A stretch of 64,000 nucleotides of DNA from Clostridia bacterium (lineage in GTDB: Bacteria; Bacillota; Clostridia; Oscillospirales; CAG-272), in NCBI GenBank assembly GCA_017461765.1, contig JAFTXO010000033.1, positions 1,700 through 65,699 on the forward strand. Direction: 5' to 3'. Shown here in pieces: positions 37,145-47,926 of this stretch (position 1 is the first letter of the stretch; each line of letters starts with the position of its first letter). Under the pieces are notes generated by a model. That model was not told where the DNA came from. It was given only the letters and a program-made list of their open reading frames with translations, and did no database searches. The position numbers and the translations under genes were made by a program.

Positions 37145-38420
37145 ATTTCGGCAGCTTTCCTCTATATTCTAAAAGAGACATTAAAATTTGCGCTGTTTGA
37201 GCTCTTGTGAGCGAAGAATTTGGATTGATCCTTCCGTTTTCTTTTGGTATTATGCCAAGCTCACTAAGTGAAACGATAGAGCTTTTTGCCCAAGCGGGAA
37301 TATCGCTTTCATCTGCAAAAACGCTCATGGAGCTTTCAATTTCTGCTCCGATTATATTATTTATGATAACTGCGGCTTCAGCTGTGGTTATTTCGCTTTT
37401 CGGATTTATGTGAATTCCGTCTGATTGTCTTTCTCCCGATATTATTCCAAGAGAAAAAGCACTTTCCAAATATCCCTTATATTCCGGGGAAATGTCACTG
37501 TCATCGGCAAATCTTGTTTTAATAAGCGTCGGAACGTCTTTAGCTCCCATAGCGTTCATAACAAGAAATACGAACTCTTCCTTGGAAACGTGCTTGTCGG
37601 GATCAAACATAAATGTTCCGTCTGCATTTTGCTTCGATGTCATGATCTCGCTCATAGTTACAACATACGCGGCATTAAGAGATTTATGTCCGCTCATATC
37701 GGAAAAAACGATCTTTGTATCGAGCTTTTCAATATCAACGCTTACAGTTGTTTCCCCTGAATAGTTTCCGTATTCATCACGAACTCTATACGTGAAGGCA
37801 TCAGTGCCTTTTTTATTTTCATAAGGCGTATATCTATAATCGCCCGTCTTTGAATTGAGTATTTCAACAAGACCCTTTTCGGGCAATGAAACTATTTCAA
37901 ATCTCAGCTCATCCCCTTCGGGATCGTATCCCGCAAGAGAACCGTATGATGAAACATTCGTAGATGTCCAAGCAGATATGCTTTCTCCGTTAGCACCGAC
38001 AGGAGCGAGATTTACTTGGCTTATGACCTTCAACTCACATTCGATCTCGTACCCTGAATTGTTTGGATAAAATTTAAAGGTGTAAACACCTTCATCGCTT
38101 GATTTCGGAACAAATCTGAGAGAAGAAAAATCCTCTCTTGAAATTACCTGATTTTTAACTACATATAAATTTTCGAGCATAAGACGTCCATCCTCTTCCT
38201 TTGGCAGAGTGCTTATAGTGATGGAAGAAACATTAAGACCGATATTATCGTCAAAATCATTTACATCAAAGTAGATTTCCCCGTCATAAACGATACCCGC
38301 CTTTACCATGCCGTTTTCATAAGCTATAACGTCTATAGCAGGCGAGATTTTTTCGCTTGCAAATACGTTTAAAGAAAAAAACGACGCAAGCACGATTGCA
38401 AAAAACAAAAACCTTTTCAT
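37143..38420 (-). CDS. Secreted protein with cadherin/Ig-like domain and C-terminal SLH domains
   Basis: Signal peptide; DPEGD.L.F.IV..P.KG...YTP...GTDAFTY; three SLH-like repeats (FSDM, FADD, FADE..IPAWA, TRAQTA). Confidence 0.82.
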   Translation of the reverse strand: MKRFLFFAIVLASFFSLNVFASEKISPAIDVIAYENGMVKAGIVYDGEIYFDVNDFDDNIGLNVSSITISTLPKEEDGRLMLENLYVVKNQVISREDFSSLRFVPKSSDEGVYTFKFYPNNSGYEIECELKVISQVNLAPVGANGESISAWTSTNVSSYGSLAGYDPEGDELRFEIVSLPEKGLVEILNSKTGDYRYTPYENKKGTDAFTYRVRDEYGNYSGETTVSVDIEKLDTKIVFSDMSGHKSLNAAYVVTMSEIMTSKQNADGTFMFDPDKHVSKEEFVFLVMNAMGAKDVPTLIKTRFADDSDISPEYKGYLESAFSLGIISGERQSDGIHINPKSEITTAEAAVIINNIIGAEIESSMSVFADESDIPAWAKSSIVSLSELGIIPKENGRINPNSSLTRAQTAQILMSLLEYRGKLPK

Positions 38421-38595
38421 AAAAAACTCCTAAATACATTTTGTAGTAAAAATATATTTTCGTTTTTAACAAAAAATTACCCTTTTTCATAATACTGTAA
38501 GGAAAAAGATAAAAATGCTTTTTAATTCAAATTGATGAATTTTTAACCTCTTGCACGATCCTTAAATAAATTTATATAATTATGATAGAGGTGAG

Positions 38596-39162
38596 ATGAT
38601 GGAAATAATAAAGCTGGGTACGTGTTCGCTTAAAATATCACTTTCAAGCGAGGAAGCCGGAAAATGTGATTTTTCCAAGAATAAGGATGATATTGATTAC
38701 GAAAACTCAGGTTCGCTGAAATTTATTTTGGATAAAGCAAAAAAAGAGGTAGGCTTTGATGTTAAGGGAAGGCTTTGTGTTGAAATATATACAGCTCCGA
38801 GCGGAGAATGTGAGATCTTTGTAAGTAAAGCGAAGGAAAGAAGCTATAAAGAAAAAAATAATGATCAGCAAAAACGCTCAATAGGAGCAAGAAGCATTTA
38901 TGTATTTGATAGACTTGAGGATATTCTTTCTGCGTGCAAAAGACTTGCGGATAATACTTCGTTTGAGATAAAAAGCAAAATATATTACGATAAAAATAAA
39001 TACTATCTTTTTTTATTCGACACAGATACGAAGGATATCAAATATTCTTTTTTGACTGAATATTCAAAATATATAAAAAATTCCGCAGCACTATACATAT
39101 TAGAGCGCGGAAAATGTCTTTGCGAAAAAAAAGGAGTCGAAATTTTTTCAAAACTATTGTAA
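38596..39162 (+). CDS. mecA: Adaptor protein MecA-like
   Basis: MEIIKL...LKISL, GF...G.L.VE.Y....G.CEIFV.K, Y.FD.LED, S..YY...KYYL, L.EY. Confidence 0.7.
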   Translation: MMEIIKLGTCSLKISLSSEEAGKCDFSKNKDDIDYENSGSLKFILDKAKKEVGFDVKGRLCVEIYTAPSGECEIFVSKAKERSYKEKNNDQQKRSIGARSIYVFDRLEDILSACKRLADNTSFEIKSKIYYDKNKYYLFLFDTDTKDIKYSFLTEYSKYIKNSAALYILERGKCLCEKKGVEIFSKLL

Positions 39163-39249
39163 TTGTAACTTAAAAATGATAAAATCGGTACTTAGAAAGT
39201 ATGCAGTGCCTATATCACTTTTACAGGGACATATCAAGGAGAAGTTAAA

Positions 39250-40233
39250 ATGAATTTGACATCGTTCTACATAACGGTTTTATCATTGTTTTTTATAATG
39301 GCTGTCGGCTTTGTCGCGAGAAAGGCAAAAATAATAAACGATTCCGCATCAAAGGGACTATCGGCGGTAGTCATAAAGATAGGTCAGCCTTTTATGATAA
39401 TCGGCGCTATGCTCAATGTTGAATATTCTTCTGAAAATTTAAAATATGGACTTTTCGTACTTTTGGCAGGACTTCTTTTACATACTGTTTTTGCAGTAAT
39501 AGCGCATTTTGCAGTGTTTAAATATAAGAATGCAGATGAAAAAAAGATCTCTGAATTTGCAATTATATTTTCAAATTGCGGATTTATCGGATTTCCGCTG
39601 ATACAGTCTTTCCTTGGTGATAAAGGACTTTTCTTTGCAACATTTTATATTATCTCATTCAATATATTTATATGGACTTGGGGAATGGTCGTTTTGGGAA
39701 AGGGCAGAGACGATATCAAAATAAATCCAAGAAGCATGATATTAAATTACGGCACACTGCCTTCAATAATAGGTATAATTTTATATTTGTGCCGAGCATC
39801 CGAGCTTTTTGCAAAGATCGATATCCTATCCTTTATACCTACCGCATCATCATATCTTGGCAGCTTGTGCACGCCGATATCAATGCTGATAACTGGAGCA
39901 CTATTAGCAACGGTAACATCAAAGGAGCTTTTCTTAAATCCAAGATCGTATTATAACTGTGCGGTAAAGCTCGTCTTAATACCCATAATTGTTACTTTTC
40001 TTGCATGGGCGTGCGGTCTTAATTACTTTTTTATAGTATTTTTTGTAATAGTGAGCGCAATGCCGACAGCTTCGTCGACTGTTATGTACGGAGAGCTTTA
40101 TGAGATATCAAAGAAAAATGCGGCTATAATAACAGGACTAAGTTCCTTGATATCAATGCTGACTTTACCTATTCTCGCAACCGTGCTCAACTCTTTGTTT
40201 ACCGTAAGCGGTACATTATCAATATTCAGATAA
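39250..40233 (+). CDS. AEC (auxin efflux carrier) family transporter
   Basis: FSNCGFIGFP, TPISML.TG, KLVLIP, AMPTA. Confidence 0.9.
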   Translation: MNLTSFYITVLSLFFIMAVGFVARKAKIINDSASKGLSAVVIKIGQPFMIIGAMLNVEYSSENLKYGLFVLLAGLLLHTVFAVIAHFAVFKYKNADEKKISEFAIIFSNCGFIGFPLIQSFLGDKGLFFATFYIISFNIFIWTWGMVVLGKGRDDIKINPRSMILNYGTLPSIIGIILYLCRASELFAKIDILSFIPTASSYLGSLCTPISMLITGALLATVTSKELFLNPRSYYNCAVKLVLIPIIVTFLAWACGLNYFFIVFFVIVSAMPTASSTVMYGELYEISKKNAAIITGLSSLISMLTLPILATVLNSLFTVSGTLSIFR

Positions 40234-40235
40234 CT

Positions 40236-40265
40236 AAAAATACTCGGGATAACCGAGTATTTTTT
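40236..40265. terminator. Bidirectional terminator
   Basis: aaaaatactcgg-gataa-ccgagtattttt. Confidence 0.75.
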
Positions 40266-41109
40266 ATCTGTTTAGCGCTTTTTCAATCGCTGAAGCAAGA
40301 AGATCGGCAAGAGATGAAACGATTATATCAGTTTCGTTTGGAGTTACAAAAAAGCTTTTTCCGTTTTCGAGGACTTTTTTTAAGTCTTCCGAAATAGAGG
40401 TAATTCCACTCTCGTTAAGCATATCGTATATCATAGTTGAAGAGCTGACAATGGTAGGTACTCCTATCGAAAAAACAGACACTCCCAAGCTTGTTTTACT
40501 TATTTCTTTATTAAAACATCCTATTCCGCTGCCGGGCATGAGTCCAACATTCGAAATTTGAACAGTAGAACACAATCTATCGACACTCCTCGCCGCCAAA
40601 GCATCTATGAGTATAACACAATCAGCATTTATTTCTTTAGTAATACTTTTTATATGATCGGCACTTTCTATACCTGTTTTAGCTACAATTCCGGGTGACA
40701 TAAGAAAAACCGATTTTGAAATGTCAAGATGGCGAGCAACATTTATTCTATCTATCGTAAGCGGTCCTAAAGCATCTGATGTTATAGCTCGATTGCCGAG
40801 TCCTGCAATTAGAATATTTGAAAAGCTATCGTTTTTAGAAAATATTATTTTTCCAAGCTTTTGTGCGACCACGTGTCTGATTTTTGAAAATATATTATCA
40901 TCATAAAGCCATCCCTTTCCGATACAAACAGTTATATATTTGCCTTTTTTTCTTCCAAAAGCTTTCTCTCCGATATCGTTCTTTATATCTACCTCGATTA
41001 TCGGAAATCCATTTTCGGAGTAATTTGACACTGTATATCCCTTTTTAGTATCAAGGCGTTGATCTTCTTTTAAATATTCACACGCAAGATCGCTCCGTAT
41101 AAAGTCCAT
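40264..41109 (-). CDS. gpr: Germination protease GPR
   Basis: RSDLA.E, G.YITV, GLGN..ITSDALGP, PG....TGIES, IDALAAR, PGSGIG, GVPT. Confidence 0.92.
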   Translation of the reverse strand: MDFIRSDLACEYLKEDQRLDTKKGYTVSNYSENGFPIIEVDIKNDIGEKAFGRKKGKYITVCIGKGWLYDDNIFSKIRHVVAQKLGKIIFSKNDSFSNILIAGLGNRAITSDALGPLTIDRINVARHLDISKSVFLMSPGIVAKTGIESADHIKSITKEINADCVILIDALAARSVDRLCSTVQISNVGLMPGSGIGCFNKEISKTSLGVSVFSIGVPTIVSSSTMIYDMLNESGITSISEDLKKVLENGKSFFVTPNETDIIVSSLADLLASAIEKALNR

Positions 41110-41227
41110 TTTTACTCTCCTAAATTTTTCTATGTAAGTAATAATGAAAAAAATGTTGATTATTTTTTTTTAATGTGCTATCATAATTTTATATCATAGT
41201 AAAAAACAAAATGCAGGAGGTGAAAAA

Positions 41228-41782
41228 ATGGATATTCCGATGAAAGACAAGAATGAAATAAAAATATTTATCCTTTATCTCATGGATAGAATAGGCTATC
41301 CCGTAAAATTCACCGATATTTGCAGCATTCTTTATCAAGAGAATGTTGTAAGCTATTTTGATTCCGGTGATTGCTTTACAGAGCTTATCGATGCTCGTCA
41401 TGTTATAGAGGTCGGAAAGGATGAGGCGGGAGATGCTTTGTATCAAGTCTCTGCAACAGGAAGAACGATAGCCACAGAGCTTAACGACGCTATTTTGCCG
41501 AGTATAAAGGAAATGAGCTATCGCAGTGCTATAAGGCATCTTTCTTTCCAAAAAAGAGGAGCTGCGATAAATTGTAATATGAAGCCGTCCTTTGAAGAAG
41601 GAAAATATATGGTTCATTGCGAGATAACAGAGCACGGAAGAATAGTTCTTGATATAAATGTAGAGGTGGATTCTAAAATAGAAGGCGAAAGAATGCTTAT
41701 AAATTTCCGCAGAAAGCCTGAAATTGTTTTCCGAGGTACTCTTGCTTTAGTCTCAGGAGAAAAGAATTACATATTCGAATAA
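41228..41782 (+). CDS. DUF4364 family winged-helix protein
   Basis: IKIFILYLM...YP, V.YF, Y.V...G pattern; AGGAGG RBS. Confidence 0.7.
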   Translation: MDIPMKDKNEIKIFILYLMDRIGYPVKFTDICSILYQENVVSYFDSGDCFTELIDARHVIEVGKDEAGDALYQVSATGRTIATELNDAILPSIKEMSYRSAIRHLSFQKRGAAINCNMKPSFEEGKYMVHCEITEHGRIVLDINVEVDSKIEGERMLINFRRKPEIVFRGTLALVSGEKNYIFE

Positions 41783-41866
41783 TCGAAAAAATGCTCGTTT
41801 TTTGTTCAAAATACACAAAAAATGCACCGAAAAATCGTTAAAAACGGAAAAAATGCAAAAATGTTC

Positions 41867-41894
41867 TTGACATTATGAATATTTGTGCTATAAT
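41867..41894 (+). promoter_or_regulatory. sigma-A promoter of sigH
   Basis: TTGACA-N16-TATAAT with extended TG. Confidence 0.7.
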
Positions 41895-41919
41895 ATTTAT
41901 ATAACACGGAGCAATATAT

Positions 41920-42471
41920 ATGGATGAAAATTACGAACTTATAACTCTTGCACAGCAAGATAATGAGCAAGCCTTTGAAATACTTCTTAAAAAGTATAAG
42001 GCTTTGATATTAAGTATGTCCCAAAAATATTCATGTATGTGCTACGGAAGAGTAAGAGACGATGACGATTTTATTCAAGAAACGAAGCTGGCGTTTTACA
42101 ATGCTGTAAAAACCTATTCGAATGAGAAAAACGTAACCTTCGGTGCATACGCAAAAATATGTATTAAAAACAAGCTCATATCCTACATTCGTTCGTTGAA
42201 ATCAAAAAAGAGAACGCAGGATATTGAGATTGAAGATTCTTATTCGAATTCCCCGCAAGACTATCTTTTGGAACATGAACTTGAAAAAAAGCTTTTCTAT
42301 CTTGCCCGCAATTGCTTATCTGATTATGAAAAAGAAGTTTTCAGCTATTATTTAAACGGAATAAGAGCCAAGGAGATTTCCGAAAAAATCAATAGAAGCG
42401 AAAAGTCTGTTAACAATGCTATATATAGAATAAAAGCAAAGTTAAAAAAGACACTTAACAAGGATACATAG
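41920..42471 (+). CDS. sigH: RNA polymerase sigma factor, SigH-like
   Basis: AF..L..KY, DD.IQE..LAFY.AV..Y, F..YA..CI, LSDYEK.V, KSVNNAIYRIKAKL. Confidence 0.78.
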   Translation: MDENYELITLAQQDNEQAFEILLKKYKALILSMSQKYSCMCYGRVRDDDDFIQETKLAFYNAVKTYSNEKNVTFGAYAKICIKNKLISYIRSLKSKKRTQDIEIEDSYSNSPQDYLLEHELEKKLFYLARNCLSDYEKEVFSYYLNGIRAKEISEKINRSEKSVNNAIYRIKAKLKKTLNKDT

Positions 42472-42515
42472 CGCAAGCTTGTATAAATAATTTACCTAAA
42501 ATAGGAGAGTATGAA

Positions 42516-42791
42516 ATGTTTCAAGACAAGACCTTAAAATGCAAAGATTGCGGAGAAGAATTCGTATTTACAGCAGGCGAGCAGGAATTCTACGCAGAAA
42601 AAGGCTTCCAGAATGAGCCTCAAAGATGTAAAGCTTGCAGAGATGCGAGAAAAAATGCTGCTAAGGCTCCGAGAGAAATGTTTACTGCTACATGTGCGCA
42701 ATGCGGAAAAGAAGCAAAGGTTCCTTTCCAACCCAATAGCGATAGACCTGTATATTGTAGTGAATGTTTCGCAGAAATGAAAAATCAATAA
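42516..42791 (+). CDS. Zinc-ribbon / CxxC-x17-CxxC domain protein
   Basis: DKTL.CKDCG.EFVFTAGEQEFY.EKGF.NEP.RC..C; CAQCG...VPF.P...RPVYCSEC. Confidence 0.92.
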   Translation: MFQDKTLKCKDCGEEFVFTAGEQEFYAEKGFQNEPQRCKACRDARKNAAKAPREMFTATCAQCGKEAKVPFQPNSDRPVYCSECFAEMKNQ

Positions 42792-42857
42792 TTTATAGAA
42801 CTTAATTTTATTCGATGCTTCGAATGCTTTTGTAATAGAAATTTATGATTTGAATTG

Positions 42858-42895
42858 AAAAATTCCCCTCGATTTTGATCGAGGGGAGTTTTTTT
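42858..42895 (+). terminator. Intrinsic terminator
   Basis: ttcccctcgat-tttg-atcgaggggag followed by a T run. Confidence 0.8.
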
Positions 42896-42981
42896 ATTTT
42901 TTTAAAAAAAGTCTGTACAAAATCATTATAATATGTTAAAATATATAATGAATACATATATAAAAGAGGAAAATTAAAACA

Positions 42982-43818
42982 ATGGAAAAAAAAGAAAATT
43001 TTCATAAGCACAATAAAGAAAATTCAAAAAATGCAAACTTTAAAAAAAGAGATTTTTCCAAAACACAGACAAATGATGAGACCGAAAGCTCAGGAATAGT
43101 TGTAGGAAGAAATGCAGTATCCGAGCTTTTGAAATCTGATAGAACCATAGATAAGATATATGTACGAAAGGGAGAGAGAGAAGGGTCTATTGTTGTCATA
43201 GTTGCCAAGGCTCTCGAAAAAAGAATACCTGTTGTCGAGGTGGAAAGCTCAAAGCTTGATTATATGAGCGCAGGCGCTAATCATCAGGGTGTTATCGCAA
43301 TGGCGGCACTAAAGGAATATGTCAGCGTTGATGATATTCTTGATATTGCAAGAGAAAGAAACGAAAAGCCTCTTATCGTGATTGCCGATTCCATTGAAGA
43401 TCCGCACAATCTCGGTGCTCTTATAAGATGCGCAGAATGCGCGGGCGCGCATGGATTAATTATACCGAAAAGGCACGCAGTAGGTATTACTCCTGCTGTA
43501 TATAAATCTTCAGCAGGTGCAATAGAACATATGGCAATAGCTAAAGTTTCAAATATAGCAACTACCATGGAGGAGCTAAAAAAGAAAGGACTCTGGATAT
43601 TCGCATCAGAAGCAGGAGGCACGCCCTATTATGAAACCGATTTCAATTGTGCGTGTGCCATAATTTTAGGTTCAGAAGGAAACGGAGTAGGAAAGCTTAT
43701 AAAAGAAAGAAGCGATTTTATCGTCTCAATACCTATGTATGGAAGGGTGAATTCGCTTAACGTTTCAACAGCCGCATCAGTAATACTTTGTCATGCGGCA
43801 AGAATGCAACGCTCTTAA
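42982..43818 (+). CDS. rlmB: 23S rRNA Gm2251 2'-O-methyltransferase
   Basis: GRNAV.E, NHQGVIA, EDPHNLGALIR, GSEG.G, SLNVS. Confidence 0.93.
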   Translation: MEKKENFHKHNKENSKNANFKKRDFSKTQTNDETESSGIVVGRNAVSELLKSDRTIDKIYVRKGEREGSIVVIVAKALEKRIPVVEVESSKLDYMSAGANHQGVIAMAALKEYVSVDDILDIARERNEKPLIVIADSIEDPHNLGALIRCAECAGAHGLIIPKRHAVGITPAVYKSSAGAIEHMAIAKVSNIATTMEELKKKGLWIFASEAGGTPYYETDFNCACAIILGSEGNGVGKLIKERSDFIVSIPMYGRVNSLNVSTAASVILCHAARMQRS

Positions 43819-43834
43819 CGAAAGGAGGATAATA

Positions 43835-46075
43835 ATGGATAAAAAATATGACCAAATAAAATTAGATGTTTCAGAGCCTGAAAACACCGAAAGCAGCCCT
43901 GAGCTTGTGGACAGTGCGATGGCAAAGGGAGATGTTGTTCAGGAAACAATAGAGCCTTCTGAAATAATAGCACCCGTTAATCAATCTACTAAAAGAAGAA
44001 AAATATCCGATCCTCAGACTATATCGATAAACGAGAGACTTTATGAAAAAGAGCCCGAGCTTGATGAGGATGTCGAGCTTATATCTCCCGATGCCGATGT
44101 TTTTGAAAAGGCTGAGGAGCAGACAAAAAACGATGAAATAAAGTCTGATAACTGGAATAAGGATCAGATAAAGCGCGATAATTTTAAAAATGATCTTGAT
44201 GATATATATGCAAGTACCGCTCAGACAGAACAGCAGTTTATGTCTACATTCGGTATTGCCGATAAAACGGGTAAAACGCTCAATATAGATATATCAACCA
44301 ATCAGACAACATCGGAGATCGAAACCTTGCAGGGTGATATTCATTCTGATTATTATGAATATACAAACCGCCAGCAAAGAAAAGAGATCATTGGAATGTA
44401 TAAATATGCGAAAAGAAGCATTAAAACCAAAATGATAATGGCTTCGATATTTGCAATATTTGTCCTTTTGATAGAATCTCTTTCAATGTTTTCTATAGAA
44501 ATGCAGGGAATATTCAGCATAAAAGAGCATCCATATATTCATTTTATCGCAGATATCGGATTTTTACTCCTTTGCGCAGCTTGCGCTTATGAGCAGCTTT
44601 ATCACGGAATAAAATCTATATTTTCAAGAGAGTTGATACCTGAATCAATAGCTGTGTATGTTACGGCGGCAGGTCTTTTGTATTCAATAATAAATCTTGT
44701 GTTTATTCCTTTTACAAATGCGGTAAAGCTTCCTCTTTGTAATTTTCCCGTTGCATTTGTCTGCGTTTTAGTGCTTTATTTCTCATATATAAATGTTGCA
44801 AGAGAAAAATACGGCTTTAGTGTCGTATCCTCGAAGGATACAAAATTCGTTCTTTCCAAGGTTGAAGGTGAAAATGCCGAAAGCGAGCAAGAGGCGTTTA
44901 CCACTACAGGAAAGGGTGTTTACGGAGATATAATAAGAATAGAAAAAAGTGATTTTGTAAAGGGTTATTTCCAAAGAACTAACAGATCAGCAAAAATAGG
45001 AAAGATAATGTATCCATATTATCTTTTGGCAATATGTATTCCTCTTATCTTTGCAGTTATAGCAAGTATAAGAAATAGGGACTTTTTTGAAGCGGTAAAT
45101 ATTTGGTACGTTGGATTTTTGCTTATTGCTCCGATAGGAGTTCTTGTAAGCTATAGCTTACCGTTCTTCTTCGGAAACAAAAAGCTTTTTGAAGACGAGG
45201 TATCAATAATAGGCGAAAGTGCACTTGATGAATTTTTTAAGGTAAATGTGGTATCCGCAAACGATACGACAGCATTTCCGCCTTATAACGTAAAGCTTCA
45301 AAGCTTCAACGTGTATAACGATTATAAATTCGAAAAGGTACTTTATTATGCGGCAAGCGGCTTCAGTACTGTTGGCGGACCGTTGGCAGATGTGTTTGAA
45401 ATAGCCACAAAGGATGCATTTGCAAAGAGCAAACGCGCAAAATTTGTTTGCTCGGGCAGGAACTATCTTTGCGTAAAGGTAGATAACGATACGATCATAT
45501 TTGCTGACAGATACGGTATTACCTCGCAGGGAATAGAGCTTGGTAACGAAAAAGATGCAAGCGATGAAGATGTGAGCGTAATGTATATGGCTTGTAATAG
45601 CAAGCTTTGTGCAAAAATGTATATTAAATATCAGATCGACGATGAGTTTGCGAAGATTGTAAAGGCTCTTAATAAACAGGGAATATACGTTGGAATAAGA
45701 ACGTTTGACCCAAATATAAATAACGAGCTTCTTGAAAAACAGACTCATTTCAAAAAGGCAGATTTGCAGGTTATTCGTTTGGGATCTGAGGAGGATATAC
45801 CTCAGGTTCATGCAAAAACAGACAGCGGTATTGTTTCAAAGGGACTTTCAAAGGCTCTCTTAAAGGCTTTGCCGGTTTGCAGAAAAATAGTAAAGGTTAG
45901 AAAGGCTTCAACGGTCTTTAAGATAATATTTTCCGTAATAGGTGCGGTAGCTTTAGGCTTCTTCACATTTGGAAAGATAACGGCGATACTTCCTATCTAT
46001 ATCGTGGGATATTACTTGCTTAGTTGTCTTGTTTTGACGGCATTAGGTTCAAAGACCGCATTTAAAATTAAGTAA
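43835..46075 (+). CDS. Large membrane protein, degenerate P1B-ATPase-like
   Basis: Acidic N-terminus, about 8 TM segments, GESALDEF..V.VV.AND and GPLA..F resemble P/N-domain remnants; start at MDKK behind AGGAGG. Confidence 0.6.
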   Translation: MDKKYDQIKLDVSEPENTESSPELVDSAMAKGDVVQETIEPSEIIAPVNQSTKRRKISDPQTISINERLYEKEPELDEDVELISPDADVFEKAEEQTKNDEIKSDNWNKDQIKRDNFKNDLDDIYASTAQTEQQFMSTFGIADKTGKTLNIDISTNQTTSEIETLQGDIHSDYYEYTNRQQRKEIIGMYKYAKRSIKTKMIMASIFAIFVLLIESLSMFSIEMQGIFSIKEHPYIHFIADIGFLLLCAACAYEQLYHGIKSIFSRELIPESIAVYVTAAGLLYSIINLVFIPFTNAVKLPLCNFPVAFVCVLVLYFSYINVAREKYGFSVVSSKDTKFVLSKVEGENAESEQEAFTTTGKGVYGDIIRIEKSDFVKGYFQRTNRSAKIGKIMYPYYLLAICIPLIFAVIASIRNRDFFEAVNIWYVGFLLIAPIGVLVSYSLPFFFGNKKLFEDEVSIIGESALDEFFKVNVVSANDTTAFPPYNVKLQSFNVYNDYKFEKVLYYAASGFSTVGGPLADVFEIATKDAFAKSKRAKFVCSGRNYLCVKVDNDTIIFADRYGITSQGIELGNEKDASDEDVSVMYMACNSKLCAKMYIKYQIDDEFAKIVKALNKQGIYVGIRTFDPNINNELLEKQTHFKKADLQVIRLGSEEDIPQVHAKTDSGIVSKGLSKALLKALPVCRKIVKVRKASTVFKIIFSVIGAVALGFFTFGKITAILPIYIVGYYLLSCLVLTALGSKTAFKIK

Positions 46076-47926
46076 ATGTATAAAAATTTAAGTTCAATAT
46101 TAAAATCCGTATCAAAGCCGGGCAGATATACAGGCGGAGAGTACGGTCAAATAATCAAAGATAAAAAGGATATAAATTGCAGAATAGCATTTTGCTTTCC
46201 GGATCTTTACGAAATAGGTATGTCAAACCTTGGTGTACGCTTGCTTTATGGAGCTCTTAATCAGGAAAATGATATTTGGTGTGAAAGAGTTTACGCTCCG
46301 TGGACCGATATGGAAGAAAAGATGCGTCAGTATGATATTCCGTTGTGGGCGCATGAGAGTAAGGATAGTGTTAAGGATTTCGATATCGTGGCATTTTCTT
46401 TGCAGTATGAGCTTTGCTACACTACGGCAATCAATATGATAGATCTTGCAAAATTGCCTATTTATGCAGCCGATAGAACGGATGATATGCCTGTTTTGTT
46501 AGCAGGCGGACCGTGTGCGTATAATCCTGAGCCTGTTGCTGATTTTTTTGATGTGTTCAGCATCGGTGAGGGCGAAGAGGCGCTTGTTGAGTTTTCACGT
46601 CTTTACATAAAGATGAAGAAGAACGGAACTTATAATAAAAAAGACTTTTTAAGAGAGGTATCCCATCTTAAAGGCTTTTACGTTCCTTCACTTTACGATG
46701 TGGAATATAATGAGGACGGCACTATAAAATCCTTTGAACCGAAATACGGCGATGTGCCTAAGAAGGTAGAGAAAAGAATAATAGCCGATCTTAACACATC
46801 GTATTTCCCGACAAAACCGATAATGCCGTTTATTGAGGTCGTACATGACAGAATAATGCTCGAAACCTTCCGCGGCTGTATTCGCGGCTGTAGATTTTGT
46901 CAGGCAGGTATGGTTTTCAGACCTGTTCGTGAAAAAAACGCACAAACACTCAACAGACAAGCCAAGGAAATATACGAAAACACGGGATATACCGAAATTT
47001 CTTTGACATCACTCTCTATAAGTGACTATTCTTGTTTGCATGAAGCTACGGATTTGCTTCTTGAATGGACAAACCCAAAAAAGATAAATCTTTCTCTTCC
47101 GTCTTTAAGAGCTGATAGCTTTACTAAAGAGCTTATGGATAAGGTTAGCTCTATACGTCAATCCGGACTTACCTTTGCCCCTGAGGCGGTAACACAAAGA
47201 CTTCGTGATGCTATAAATAAAAATCTTTATGAAGAAGATCTTTTAAATGCTGTAAGACTTGCGTTTGAGGGCGGAAAAAGTCAAGTAAAGCTTTATTTTA
47301 TGAACGGATTGCCTACCGAAACATATGAAGATATTGAGGGAATAGCAGTTCTTGCAAAGCATGTCGTTGACGAGTACTATAAAGTGCCCATAAGACCGAA
47401 AAAGCCAGTTAGCGTTACAGTAAGCGTTTCATGCTTTGTTCCCAAGCCGCATACTCCGTTTCAATGGGAAGGTCAGGATGATTTACAGCTTTTGCGCGAC
47501 AAGCAGATCTTTCTTGCCGAAAAGATAACGGATAAAAAGATACGGTACAATTGGCATGAAGCTAAGGTGTCAAGACTTGAAGCCGTATTTTCAAAGGGTA
47601 ACCGTAAGCTTTCAAAGGCTATTGCATATGCTCAGAAGAATGGTATGCGCTTTGATGCGTGGGATGAATATTTTGACTATGACAAATGGATGCAGGTATT
47701 TGCAAAGTGCAGTATAGATCCTGATTTTTACGCTAACAGAAAAATGTCCTATGATGAAATATTACCGTGGGATGTTATTGATATCGGCGTAAGTAAAAAT
47801 TTCCTTATTTCAGAAAATAAAAAGGCGTATAAAAGCAAAACTACGCCCAACTGTAAAGAAAAATGCTCCGGTTGCGGAGCAAATAAGCTCGGAGGTGATA
47901 TTACATGGTGTCCGAAAGCCAGATAA
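46076..47926 (+). CDS. TIGR03960-family radical SAM protein
   Basis: V.KP.RY.GGE, FPD.YEIGMSNLG, RGCIRGCRFCQAG, TFAPEA, KLYFM.GLP.ET, C-terminal C...C..CG. Confidence 0.9.
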   Translation: MYKNLSSILKSVSKPGRYTGGEYGQIIKDKKDINCRIAFCFPDLYEIGMSNLGVRLLYGALNQENDIWCERVYAPWTDMEEKMRQYDIPLWAHESKDSVKDFDIVAFSLQYELCYTTAINMIDLAKLPIYAADRTDDMPVLLAGGPCAYNPEPVADFFDVFSIGEGEEALVEFSRLYIKMKKNGTYNKKDFLREVSHLKGFYVPSLYDVEYNEDGTIKSFEPKYGDVPKKVEKRIIADLNTSYFPTKPIMPFIEVVHDRIMLETFRGCIRGCRFCQAGMVFRPVREKNAQTLNRQAKEIYENTGYTEISLTSLSISDYSCLHEATDLLLEWTNPKKINLSLPSLRADSFTKELMDKVSSIRQSGLTFAPEAVTQRLRDAINKNLYEEDLLNAVRLAFEGGKSQVKLYFMNGLPTETYEDIEGIAVLAKHVVDEYYKVPIRPKKPVSVTVSVSCFVPKPHTPFQWEGQDDLQLLRDKQIFLAEKITDKKIRYNWHEAKVSRLEAVFSKGNRKLSKAIAYAQKNGMRFDAWDEYFDYDKWMQVFAKCSIDPDFYANRKMSYDEILPWDVIDIGVSKNFLISENKKAYKSKTTPNCKEKCSGCGANKLGGDITWCPKAR

